A DNA stretch of 64,000 nt, taken from NCBI GenBank assembly GCA_043228905.1, contig JBHGNT010000009.1, positions 14,942,001 to 15,006,000 on the forward strand, read 5' to 3'. The notes beneath the pieces were generated by a model that saw only the letters and a list, made by a program, of their open reading frames with translations, ran no database searches and was not told where the DNA came from. How positions within the stretch are numbered: position 1 is the first letter of the stretch; each line of letters starts with the position of its first letter. A program made the translations under genes and the position numbers. Origin of the DNA: Azolla caroliniana (lineage: Eukaryota > Plantae > Polypodiophyta). Below, piece by piece: positions 51,301-61,954 of the stretch.

Positions 51301-53781
51301 ACATAGAATGAGGCACTTGAGTCTACAATTCAAATTCAATTCAACACATCAATAATGTCACTCGTAGTGATCTACATATTTTGCACATGGCTGTGGAAGC
51401 ATCACATAAAGACAAAGTGGCACAGAGTATTTTCTATCATTACAAAATTCAAGCTTAATGCCCTTGGCACAAATGTTTTGTAGAAAAGAAAAGATATCCA
51501 ATCATTTTTGCTCGTATGGTTCAATTTGTTATTGCCAAGGCTCCACATGAGAAACAACCTTTGCAACATCAATAAATTCATTTGATAAGGTCTTTCCTTC
51601 CAAAGAATGCAAAATGCATTTCTTTCTAGCCTTCACCACAAGTCAAGAAGCTTGTTGTCAATTTCCATGATGCGCTATTAAAGGTGGTGCTATGGCTCTT
51701 TAATAACCACATTAGAGACCAAAGTGGCCTTCTCACTGCCTATTTGCATGATCAGATTATCCTTTTCCCATCCTTCTTCTTTTCAATGGCATTCTTCCTA
51801 AGTTCAAGTTCTTTATTAAAGCACCTACAATCAAGCTTCTTGTGACCTTTGCTACCACAGTGATAGTATAAACATCAGACTTCCCTTTACTCTTACTCTT
51901 ACTGTTACTTCTCTATTCTGTATTAGATTTTGAGTTACCTTTTCAACAAACTACATTAGCTCAACCACTACTTTGACCTTCGACTTCTGAAATAGGATGC
52001 CCTGCATCCCTTCACAAATCAAAGCTTGCAAAAAATAAACTCCAAAATATGTCAACGAATTTCCAAATTAAAATTCTAAAAATCCCAAATTTAATCATGA
52101 TTAGAATAATTACTATTAATTGAAAATAACCATGTGAGAGCATCCTAGGCACCACGAGGAATAATTTGCATTGAATGCATATATTACTGAAACAAAGTTT
52201 TCCTATTGTGGAATACTAGAAATAGCAAGTATCTACAGGATTCCTCCTATTTTGACCGATTCTCACAATGAAACTTCTCTAAGAAGCTTGAAGTTGGTGG
52301 AGAATTGTACCAGTAGCAGCACTCTTCTGTTTGCAATACCTTTGTCGCAAATGATATAGCATTGTCCTATTACCATTTGAAAGGAGGAGTTCAAGAGGTT
52401 TGTTTTGCTACTATGTGTCAAAGTGAACTTGGTGTATGAGAGAGAGAGAGAGAGGGAAAATGGCTGAGGTGCAGAGAAAACACTGAAGGATAGGAAGGAC
52501 ATGTACTAATGATTTGTATTAAGCAGCAAAAGTATATTGTTTTATTAGAATGTACTTTTAGGGCAGTTGAGCCATTTAACACCGGCCAAGTGACCCAAAT
52601 ATGCCTTAGAAGCTCTCAAGAGGGCTATAGTATGAAAGGCAAATGTACAAATGGAGAAATATTGGGCCTTATACCCAACAAGGATTATCTCTTCAAAAAC
52701 CATTCTCTACTCACTTATGTCTTTTAGGTGTCCTTGTGTAACACCTAACCTACACTCGCATTACAAGCCACAACTTTACTATTAGACACACTCATTCGAG
52801 CCCAACGCTAACTCTACCAAATGCATGCTGGTCCTGGGCATGTCAGCTTTGACTCCTTCAGTCTTAGCACCATCAGTCCTCAATTATTCCAGTGTCTATG
52901 CAATGTCATATGTCTTTTCTGATTTCAAGAGTTCCAAGTAACAAATAGAAGAAGAATACGAACGAAAAAATTGTTAAATGATATCATAATGACAAATAGA
53001 AATAACACCTCTTGGTGTCAAATTTTTTATACATGTATGTATACATTTAATATGCATATATATAGGTATACATAGTACATGTAGATGTATATGCATTTGT
53101 ATACATATAATACGTACACGTACATGTATAAAAAGATTTATTAGATTGCGTGCATATGCACATTGTCCGATATATGCATGTATATAATATCATAAATGTG
53201 TACGTACATCGTATATAGTATATATTTTTTGTATAACTAGGTAGAGCAGCTATTTGCAACCTCTCAATAATTAAAGTATGAATCAAAACTATTACTGAAC
53301 TCTCCAAGTTAACTATTACCTTCAAGAACCGTCCCCTTTGGTTTTCTCCCACATCAAAGTAAAACACCTGTATGAATACAATAAATTTATATCAATACAT
53401 TCAGAAAGGTAAAATATATAGAATGTAATGCAGGAAGAAAACCATCATATATATCAACACATCAAAAACACAAGCAAAGAAGGTAAAGATATATACAATG
53501 CATAGATAGAAGAAAACAACCTTTGTGTCAAGTTGGACCTCACTACTCTCAAGAGATGACTCTTTGCCACTATCTCCAGCTGCATAATACTTGAATAGAT
53601 CCACAAATGCATTGATACCAGAGACAGGTATAATTATAGTCGACCTAGAACCCGAGGTTTTCTCAGATATTTTCAAGTATTGTCCACGAGGATTCTCTTT
53701 GAGATCAAAGTAGAAAATTTTGTGTTCCACTTGAAGAGTCTTCGAGATAATCTCGACATCACTACTAGGTGTGTTTTCCAT
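45324..53781 (-). CDS. PURA1: Pur-alpha family single-stranded nucleic-acid-binding transcription factor; coding exons 53781-53521, 53367-53320, 48169-48029, 47117(or 47120)-46896, 45485-45324; ~277 aa
   Basis: Three PUR repeats (SKTLQVEHKIFYFDLKENPRGQYLKISE; VQLDTKVFYFDVGENQRGRFLKVSE; SKILRAEQKRFFFDLGSNTRGQYLRISE). All introns are GT-AG phase 0 and the spliced frame is open to TAG at 45324. Confidence 0.93.
47561..47760. repeat. 100-bp tandem duplication in a PURA intron
   Basis: AGAGAGTAGGTTTATGGGGC...CATGTAACAG at 47561-47660 and 47661-47760 with ~3 mismatches. Confidence 0.93.
48360..52800 (-). mobile_element. Highly decayed Ty1/copia relic inside the 5.1-kb PURA intron
   Basis: Minus-strand traces of RNase H (~48420-48660), RT (~49700-49830), integrase (~50200-50750), protease and a gag knuckle (~51850); LTR-like GA/TATA region ~52130-52800. 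Confidence 0.6.
53030..53230. repeat. Degenerate TA/TACA simple repeat (intronic)
   Basis: Alternating purine-pyrimidine TATA/TACA/TGCA tract. Confidence 0.8.
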
Positions 53782-54185
53782 CGACGATAAATATTGTTAT
53801 AAACGTTTTAAGAAGAAATTCCAATGCTCAGTTTATATATGTGATAGAAAACTAGGATACTATTAGCCCCATTCCTCGTGTTAAAAAATGTAGCTTTATT
53901 GAAGCTTTACGACCTCGTCTATTTTCTTTCTTAAGAAAATGCTGTTAGGGATGTGTTGAGGATCTGTAAATGAATAGATAAACCAAAACCTAGAAATGTT
54001 CTTACTGACCGAACCTCTGCTTTCCCCACTCTCAATAAGAATACTGCACCACAACACTTTCCTGGCCTTTCTTTCTACCTGCATAATCCAACATAGGTTC
54101 CATGGAAGTACAAAAAAGGCACACGTGGAAAAAATGTAAATAACGAACGAAATACTCTGAGAAAACGTGGAAGATATTTCTTCGG

Positions 54186-54515
54186 CTTACCTTACCAGAG
54201 TGGAGAAGGAGAAGGCGAAGGCGAAGGCGAGGCAGAAGGAAGAGAAGGCTAACCTATAACCCTAAACACGCGGGAGACAGAGAGAGAGAGAGAGAGAGAG
54301 AGAAGCAGAGAAATGCAAGGGATGGAGTGACGAGTGCAGTGCAGGGGAAAAAAATGGAGCTCCCAACTTTTCCACTTGGTTCCTTTATTATCCATAATAC
54401 ACACACGCGCGCCCACACACACACACACACACGAGAGAGAGAGAGAGAGAGAGAGAGAAAGAAAGAAAGAAAGATATATTAACTAACGTCTTCTAAGGCC
54501 AAAATTGGCCCATGA
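54186..54515 (-). promoter_or_regulatory. Probable PURA 5' UTR exon and core promoter
   Basis: rc G|GTAAG donors at ~54195 and ~54190; CT-rich leader; telo-box-like AACCCTAAA ~54258; TATA-like ~54388; CA and GA microsatellites; site II-like GGCCCA ~54507. Confidence 0.55.
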
Positions 54516-56131
54516 GACAAATGGTTTACAACAAAAAAAATGGGATATTTACCCATTCATCGAAAGTAAACAAATAAAAATAAAAATAGAGTTTTAAGCT
54601 AAATAGTTCTAGTTAAAATAAAATAACAAACATGTTCTACAATGAAAATGATGTTATACTAGGCCTAATTTCATTTCCATCCAAGTCTCTCGAAGAGAAG
54701 TGGGAGGTCAAAGGGTTTCGATGTGGATGTGGCCCGTGGCCCCAATGTAAAAGGCACCCCAACCACGTTCCCTTATCTTCTTAATCCTTTCTACTCCGTG
54801 TCGACTTGTTTTGAAGCCCAACATCCGAGGGCATTTGGTTGTTCTTTGCGTTTCGGCTTCCTCAAGAGAGAGGCCGAACGGCGTAAGTGTATCCACATTC
54901 ATTGTCTCCCATTGTTCCTAAAAAATTACACTAGTTACAAGTTGATGAATAGTAAAAGGGTTATGGTTAACACTTTGTAATTTATTCTCCCTATGTTGTT
55001 TTAGCTCTAAGATATACCTACCTAGTCTCTTTACATTCAGGGTATCTAATAGTTTGGAGAGGGTGGGAGAGGGTCCTAATATGTCTTGGTATTCCACTCG
55101 TATCTCGGCATAAGTTGGGCACTTGCATGTGAAGTGATACTCATCCTCTATCTCTATGTGGCACAACCTACATAGCCTTTCCTCCCTAGGGACTCTATTA
55201 GCCCGACCATTCTCAATCTCAAGTTGGTGAGATGATATCCTAAGTTGTCCAATGGCAACCCTTAGTGCATTTGATAAGAATGTATCTATATATCTTGGTC
55301 GTGTAATAAAACCTAACTGAGAGAAGTGCAAGAAGTGTTCCTTATAGTACAACATTTTAGATGGGAGTGGCTCTCGTGGGGTGATCCATTTATATATCAA
55401 GTGTAAATTTGCCATATTTCTTGGCGTATCACTTTATTACGGTGTCGTGTTGTTACGCGCATATGTGTAGAAAGGGGCGGGACCACGGGGGTCTTGGACC
55501 GAGGAGCGAGAGAGAGACAGAGACAGAGACAGAGAAAGATTCACCAACACGTAGAAGCGAGAAAGAGAGAAATAGAACGTAACACTTAAATATAATGACA
55601 ACGATTACAAACTCCGACAATTACAACCGACAAGGCGGTGACGGGCCCGACACGGGGACCCTACTCACGCACACAGACGACGGTCACCGACTCAAAGAAA
55701 ACAAAGGGGGAAAGGGGAGCGACTCTGCCGGAAGCACACGGGCTGTCCACGAAGCAAAGGCAGCGACCTCCCGACACCCGCAGAGAGCGACGATTCGAGA
55801 CGAAGAGAGAGAGCTCCGCCTTCCGTTTTGCAGCAACCTCCCTCTCCCTCCTCGCGCACGATATCCTCTTTTCTTTCTCCTCTTGCCTTTTATCCCCTGT
55901 CCCCCTTTGGGATACGCACAATCCCCTCTGATAAATGCGTGTGGCTTAGTAGTCACATCCACCGGTTCGCGTACAAAGTATCTAGTCACGCGTCCATCTG
56001 TGTAGGGGCCGGTTTACGCGCTTTCTCTCCGATTCCGCCTATGGCCGGTTTTCTTCACGACATCCACCCCCACCAAACCACGCATCCACCGGTATGCGCT
56101 AGAGACGGGTAGATATCGAAGAAACCTGGCC

Positions 56132-59100
56132 TCACTCGTTGCTCTCCGTTTCTCCGTCGGACCCGAACTGATCGTCGTTGTCGTTTCCGCTCGCAAGCTC
56201 CGGCTCGTCTTCGAACCGCTTTTTGAAAGCTTTGATCCGCTTTCCGGCCACCGGCACCGCTAGCCGTGTCCCGTCGAGCTCTGCGAGGTGGTACGTGTCG
56301 TTGCCGTTCGCGCTCGTCACCATGTAGGGCCTGAACCATCTCCTAGCAAACTTTCGCACCGCCTTGTGCTGATTGTCGAGGCTGCTGTCGTATACCAAGA
56401 CCCAGTCGCCTTCCTCGATCTTCTTTGGTCGCAATCGGTGCGTCCGGTTGAACCGGATCTTGTTCCGCTCCCTTGCCGCTCGCAACCTTTCCTTCGCCCG
56501 TATCACGTCCTCCGGCCTCCGCTCAAGTTGCCGAATCCGCGCCGCCAACAACTCCTTCCAGCTCATTTCGTCCTTCCAATCTACCATCGCCCACAAAGAA
56601 ACCGTCCGCTACACCGGCATGATTGGCTTTTGCCCGTACATCAGCTCCACCAGCATGAACCCTGTCACCGAACTGTGCGTAGTTCGGTCCGCCCATAGTG
56701 CGTAGGGAAGGAGTCACGACCAATTCTCGACCTGCCCTCCGCATGCACGGACCAACGCTTTTACGATAGGCCCGTGCCCACGTTCTACCTTTCCGTTCGC
56801 CTCCGGATTGTACGCTGTGGTGAGGGAGAGTTTGACACCTAGCCGGTCGAACAACTCCTCGGCCTCCCGCGCATCCAACTCTCCCCGGTCCGCCACGATC
56901 CTCCCGATGCACCCGTACCGACACACTACTTCTTCGATCAGGAACCGGCATACCGCCGCGGTTGTCTTGCTTTGTAGTGCACGGCCTTCCACCTGGTTCG
57001 TTAAGTCTTCCCGTGCAAGCACCAGGTATCGCATATGTCCTACCCCCATCGGCATCGTCACCAAGTCCACCATCCACTTGAAATGGACCGTAGGCGGGTA
57101 GGTCGGGTGTAGCTCGTCCCGGTGTCGGACTACGGAGTGCACCTGACAGCTTTCGCAGGTCGTTACGAACCGATGCACGTCCTGGTATAGCCCCGGCCAC
57201 CAGTACTTCTCCTTCAACTTCTCGAACGTGGCCCATGTTCCGCGGTGTCCGGCCCATGGGCTCTCGTGGAATGCCGTCAGTAGTTTCCCATGTTCTTCTT
57301 TCTTTGCCACTACTCAGAGTGGGATTCCGCTTCTCTTCATTGGGTGTTTCCATATGCACCTATCCCGCAGGAAGAATCGGTACGCCTTCCTCCGTATCCG
57401 GCTTGCCTCCTCTCTCGCCCATGCTGCGTCCGTCGTCATCGTCCGTAGGAACCTCCCGATTTGGAGCCACTCCCCATCGTACCTGCTTTCGTCAAATTCG
57501 TTAAGCGCCAAAGTGTTCCCTTTCCTTCTTGTCGTTACGTTAGCCGACCCGAAGAAGTCCTCGCCGACTTCTTCGTCCTCTGAAACCATGTCGTCTTCGT
57601 CGTTGAACCTTGCCCTCGAAAGCATGTCGGCCATGGCGTTGTCCTTTCCGGAGATGTGCCGTATCTCCGGGTTCAGGGACTTAATGTACGCTATCCACCG
57701 GAGCATTGCTAGGTCCGGCGTCGCGCATCCGGAAACCATGCCGAGTATCGGCAGGCAGTCCGTCTCGATAATCACCTCCGTCCCGATCAGATAATCCTTG
57801 TCGGCCTTAACTGCCGAAACGACACCCCAAAGTTCGCGCTTAACTTGGGCGTACCCTCGCTGCCGCTTGCTCAATACCTTCGCCCCGAACCGGATCAAGA
57901 ATCGTACGCCGCCCCTGTCCTCCTGACTGATTACCCACTCGATCCCGGTCGGGCTGGTGTCCACCGTTACGCAGATGGGAACATCCTTGCCGTAAACCAC
58001 TTTACGGAGAGCCGGCGCTGCTGTAAGCGCCTCCTTTAGTCTCCGAACCGACTTCGTGTGCTCCGTCCTCCACTCAAAGCTACACCCCTTTTTCAATAGT
58101 CCGTAGAGGGGTTCCGCGACATGTGTGTAGTGTGGGATCCAGATGTGGTAGAACGCGCATGCCCCCAAGAATCTGTGGACCTCCGTGACCGACCCGCAAT
58201 CGTTCCTCATCGCGGAGATGGCCTCTACCTTTGCCGGAGACAATTTCCTACCGTAAGGCCCGCACAGGTGTCCGACCACCAAGATCTCCGACTGTCCGAA
58301 GGCCGACTTTTCCCCGGAGAAGGTGAGCCTCGTGCGCTCTAGTCTCTGCAGCACCTTCTCGTAGTCATCGATGTGGGACGCCACGAAATTCCGACATCCG
58401 TCCAGCCCGATTGCCTCGTCCCTTTTCTCCACCGGGCATCCCTTGATCGGGATGTCGTCTAAGAACGGCATGGTGATGTCCGGGATACAATCCCTGAGCA
58501 CTTTGTTCATCGCGTTCACCATGTGAGCCACTGAGTTCATCCCTCCTTGTGGCAGGGTACACATCCGCACTTGGCCGAGAGGAGTCCGCATCGTCGTGAT
58601 GTCCCTGCTCTCCACAGCTAGTTGGAACTGATCGTACCCCGAGTACAAATCACCGACGGAATAGATCGACCTTCCAGCGAAGGCCTCTGCGAACTCGTCT
58701 ATTGTCGGTCTGATCCCTACGTTACGGATGGTCACCTTGTTGACCGGTTGTAGGTCATGGATGAAGCGCAGCGTGCTGTTCTTCTTCGGCACCGTAAACC
58801 ACCGATTCGAATACGGGGCACTCGACGGTTCGAGGATGCCCATCTCCACATTTTGCTTTTTGAGCTCCATCAACTTCGGGATGTGACCTCTAGGCACCGG
58901 AATTGGCTTGAGATTCCACGGTACATGCGGTACCGTGAAGATCACCATCGGTTCGACAACTGTCGGGTCTACACACCCGATCTGCTCCAGTGAGAATGCG
59001 AAAGCCTTCCCGTGCCTCCCGAACATTCTCCGAAACCGGTCCTCCTCCGCCGGCAGTAGGAAGCCGCCCCCACCGACCTTGAGCTCCCATAGCGTTATGT

Positions 59101-59629
59101 CGGTGAACCGGTGCCCTATGCTAGTCGGATTTCGTAAACTTGGGTCCGACACGACCCCTTTTATCCGGTCCTCACTGCCCTCCGGCAAGGGTGCCGCGAC
59201 TGGCCTCACCTTCCGGTCCACAGTCTTATATTTCGTATCCACGCGGGCCGTCCGATCCGACCCGATCCTTTCCCCAAAGTTTGTGATGACTTCGTACATT
59301 CCCATCGACCCTACCGGAACGGTCCGGTCTTCTCTAAGGTCTTCATCGATCACCTTTCGTAGTTCGCCCAAGGTGTCGCCAAAAGAGACCGCCTCCACGG
59401 CGCCGCTGATGTCTTCGTCGGGGAAGAGGACTCCGCATCCCTTGAGCCGCTCCTCCGCTCGCTTCCTCTCCCGGCCGCTGACGCCGGTTATAGTACAACC
59501 TCCATTGTCGGAGAACCAAAACTTCCTACCCATGGTACAAGTCTTCATCCATACTGAACATTTGTGGGGTTGTTCCTGGGAGTCCGGACTATCGTGGCCC
59601 CACGCCTTGATAGCCCTCTCTAAAAATCC
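56132..59629 (-). CDS. Gypsy Pol (RT-RNase H-integrase) in the -1 frame relative to gag; a few premature stops
   Basis: DLYSGYDQF, LPQG, FLDD; TVDTS; H..GH..CESC, VDL, ADRGE, NGKVE. Pieces 57314-59548, 56714-57310 and 56132-56596 are in one frame. Confidence 0.88.
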
Positions 59630-61752
59630 CCTCGGGTTTCGCTGCCAAGGGCCTCGCGGTTACGCTCGTGGTTTGGTCGCACTATTAGGAATTGGACCGA
59701 GTGACGCCCGTCCTTGCTCTTGACTCTTGCATAGGCTGAACCGTTGTCCAGCACCTTGGTCTCCATTCGTGCCGTCGTGATATATGGCTCTCCTAGTATA
59801 ACTGGATGCGAGGACATCTCCTGCACGAAGAAGTGCTGGTCGATCTCGACATCACCGATTTTCACCCGTACGTTCGGACAGGCCCCATGTAGTTCTTCCG
59901 TGGCGCGCTTCGCTGCCCGTATCTTCCAGCCATGCTTGGTGTTGATCGGCCATTTACCCTTCTTGTAGAAATCCATGGACATCAGGTTGATTTCGGATCC
60001 ATGGTCTACCAACGCCACCACCGGTTCCAGAACGTTGCCGATCCGTACTAGGGTTTCTGTAGTCGCCCTGGCCCAATGTGGCTTCGTGTAGTGGCTTCCT
60101 GCTAGCTCATCTTCCAAGGCTCCGTCTTCCAGGTGCGTGGCCCAAACTTCCACCGGCTTCTCCGGTTCCGGCTCCGTCGAGAGCCTTTTACGCTTCACCA
60201 AGTCTACGATAGAGTCGTGGAACTCCCTCTTGGCGATTCCCAGCACCTCCTGCAGTGACAACTCCACTTTGCTGTTGAGGATACGTTCCTCCAGGACCTT
60301 TCGCAGGTTTGTGGTCCTTTCGATCTCGGTGCTCAACCGAAACCCCGCATGCTTCTTTCCGTCTGGTGCGCCCGAGTTGCCAGCACCGGTCAGTTTCGGT
60401 CCAAACCGGGTCTCATACCTCGGGGGGCCGACCCCTCCGGCCTTTCCTGCCCGTTTTTCCTCCACCAGAACCTCGTAGTTCTGGCAAGTGGCTTCTACGA
60501 AGCCCGTTTTCTCTTCCACCGGATCGTCCAAACCGGTGACCTCCTGGACCCGCTGTTCCGCGCGGTCCGCCTCTTCCTTCCTCAGCCGAACTCCGAAGAC
60601 GCCTTCGAGCACTAGCGGCCAGAATCCGGAGTCCTTCGCCTTCTGGGTCTCATCACCCCCGACCCGAATTCCCGCCGACACTGAGTAGTTAACGGCTTCG
60701 ACGTGCTGTGCCGCGGCCTCTTCCATCAACCTCTTCATTCTACCGCACCCCGTATTCAATTCCAGGGCTCTCCGGGTCTCGCTCGCGTGCACCCGCCCGT
60801 TCCAGAGGTACACCACGTTGGTCCTGACCGCGTCGGCGAAATCCGCACAGTCCTTCCGAATGTGACCGATCGCGTCACACCACATGCACCGCTGCCCAGC
60901 CGGCGGCCTCCGGTCGCGAGGTTGTTCACCGCTGTCTCTTCGGGCCTGTGCGATCTGCAGGTCGCGCACCATCTGTGTTAGCTCCTCCAGAGCCGCTCCT
61001 CCGGATGGGCCTCTGACCATGTCGTTCGATGCCAACCCCGACTCCGGCCAGATTCGGGTCTCTTCCTTCCTCCCAGCCGGCACCGAAACCGGCTCCTCGA
61101 GCCTCCTCCCCGGGACCGGCCCCGACCCCGATGTGCTTTCGTCGCTCCAATCGTGCCGTTTGTCGAAACGGCTGCAGACCCGTTTTACCACGGCCCAATC
61201 CGTCGTGAGCCCTTCGTCCGTTTCCAGTAGGGGACCCACCTTTTCCCTGTCGAGCGCATCCACCGACTTGACAAACAACAACACTCGACTTGTTTCGAGC
61301 ATCGTCCGGTCCAGCGTCGACAGCCGTGCGAACCGTTTTTCGAACTCCTGGAGGAGCACCGACGTGTTCCTCCCTTTTCCGGGGCTTTCCACCCACGCCA
61401 TGAAGTCCCGCCTCGACAGCCGGAGCGAGTCGTTGAACCCGTACTTCTCGAGGAGATGCAGCTCGAACTCCTCCCAAGTCTGGCATCCGGCCAGCACCTC
61501 GAGCACCTCCGCATGGATGCCCGACGTCACCACCCGAGGGAATCCGGACAGCCGCCTGTCCACCGGGATATCCCTCATGATCATTTCGGCCTAGTAAGCC
61601 TCCAAATAACTTGTAGCGTCTTTCCCTCCGAAACGGCCTATAAAGCCGATGATCGATTCAATGGCTCTGTCGAGGGTACTCGTTCCCTCACGAGCGCTCA
61701 CCAGCTGGTCGACGCCCACCGCCATTGCCTCTGCTAGCTCCGATCCCCTCAT
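59620..61752 (-). CDS. Gypsy Gag-protease (one premature TAG near 61592)
   Basis: CMWCDAIGHIRKDC knuckle; LVDHGSEINL and ILGEPY aspartic-protease motifs; the frame extends upstream to ATG at 61752. Confidence 0.88.
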
Positions 61753-61774
61753 CTTTCAACTCCTTTGCCGCCCT

Positions 61775-61792
61775 TTCACGTCGGGTTCACCA
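61775..61792 (-). promoter_or_regulatory. Primer-binding site complementary to tRNA-Trp
   Basis: Plus strand TTCACGTCGGGTTCACCA equals the 3' 18 nt of plant cytosolic tRNA-Trp as recalled; 3 nt from the 5' LTR. Confidence 0.85.
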
Positions 61793-61857
61793 AGATGTCG
61801 CGTTGTTAGGCGCATATGTGTAGAAAGGGGCGGGACCATGGGGGTCCTGAATCGAGG

Positions 61858-61860
<3 letters not shown>

Positions 61861-61938
<78 letters not shown>
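61861..61938. repeat. (GA)n microsatellite in the Gypsy 5' LTR; much shorter in the 3' LTR
   Basis: Long pure GA run versus a short interrupted run at 55508-55535. Confidence 0.95.

Positions 61939-61954
<16 letters not shown>

Noticed and set aside
53047-53319. Tyr/Thr/Cys-rich extension of the PURA ORF
   Set aside because: Read-through into an intron with a TA repeat; the exon ends at the GT donor at 53319.
56523-61594. Long overlapping or antisense ORFs in the GC-rich Gypsy (e.g. 56523-57359, 58908-59723, 60884-61594)
   Set aside because: Shadow frames of gag-pol in GC-rich sequence with no recognisable motifs.
61775-61792. Possible tRNA-Trp gene
   Set aside because: Only the 3' 18 nt including CCA are present, next to an LTR: a PBS, not a gene.
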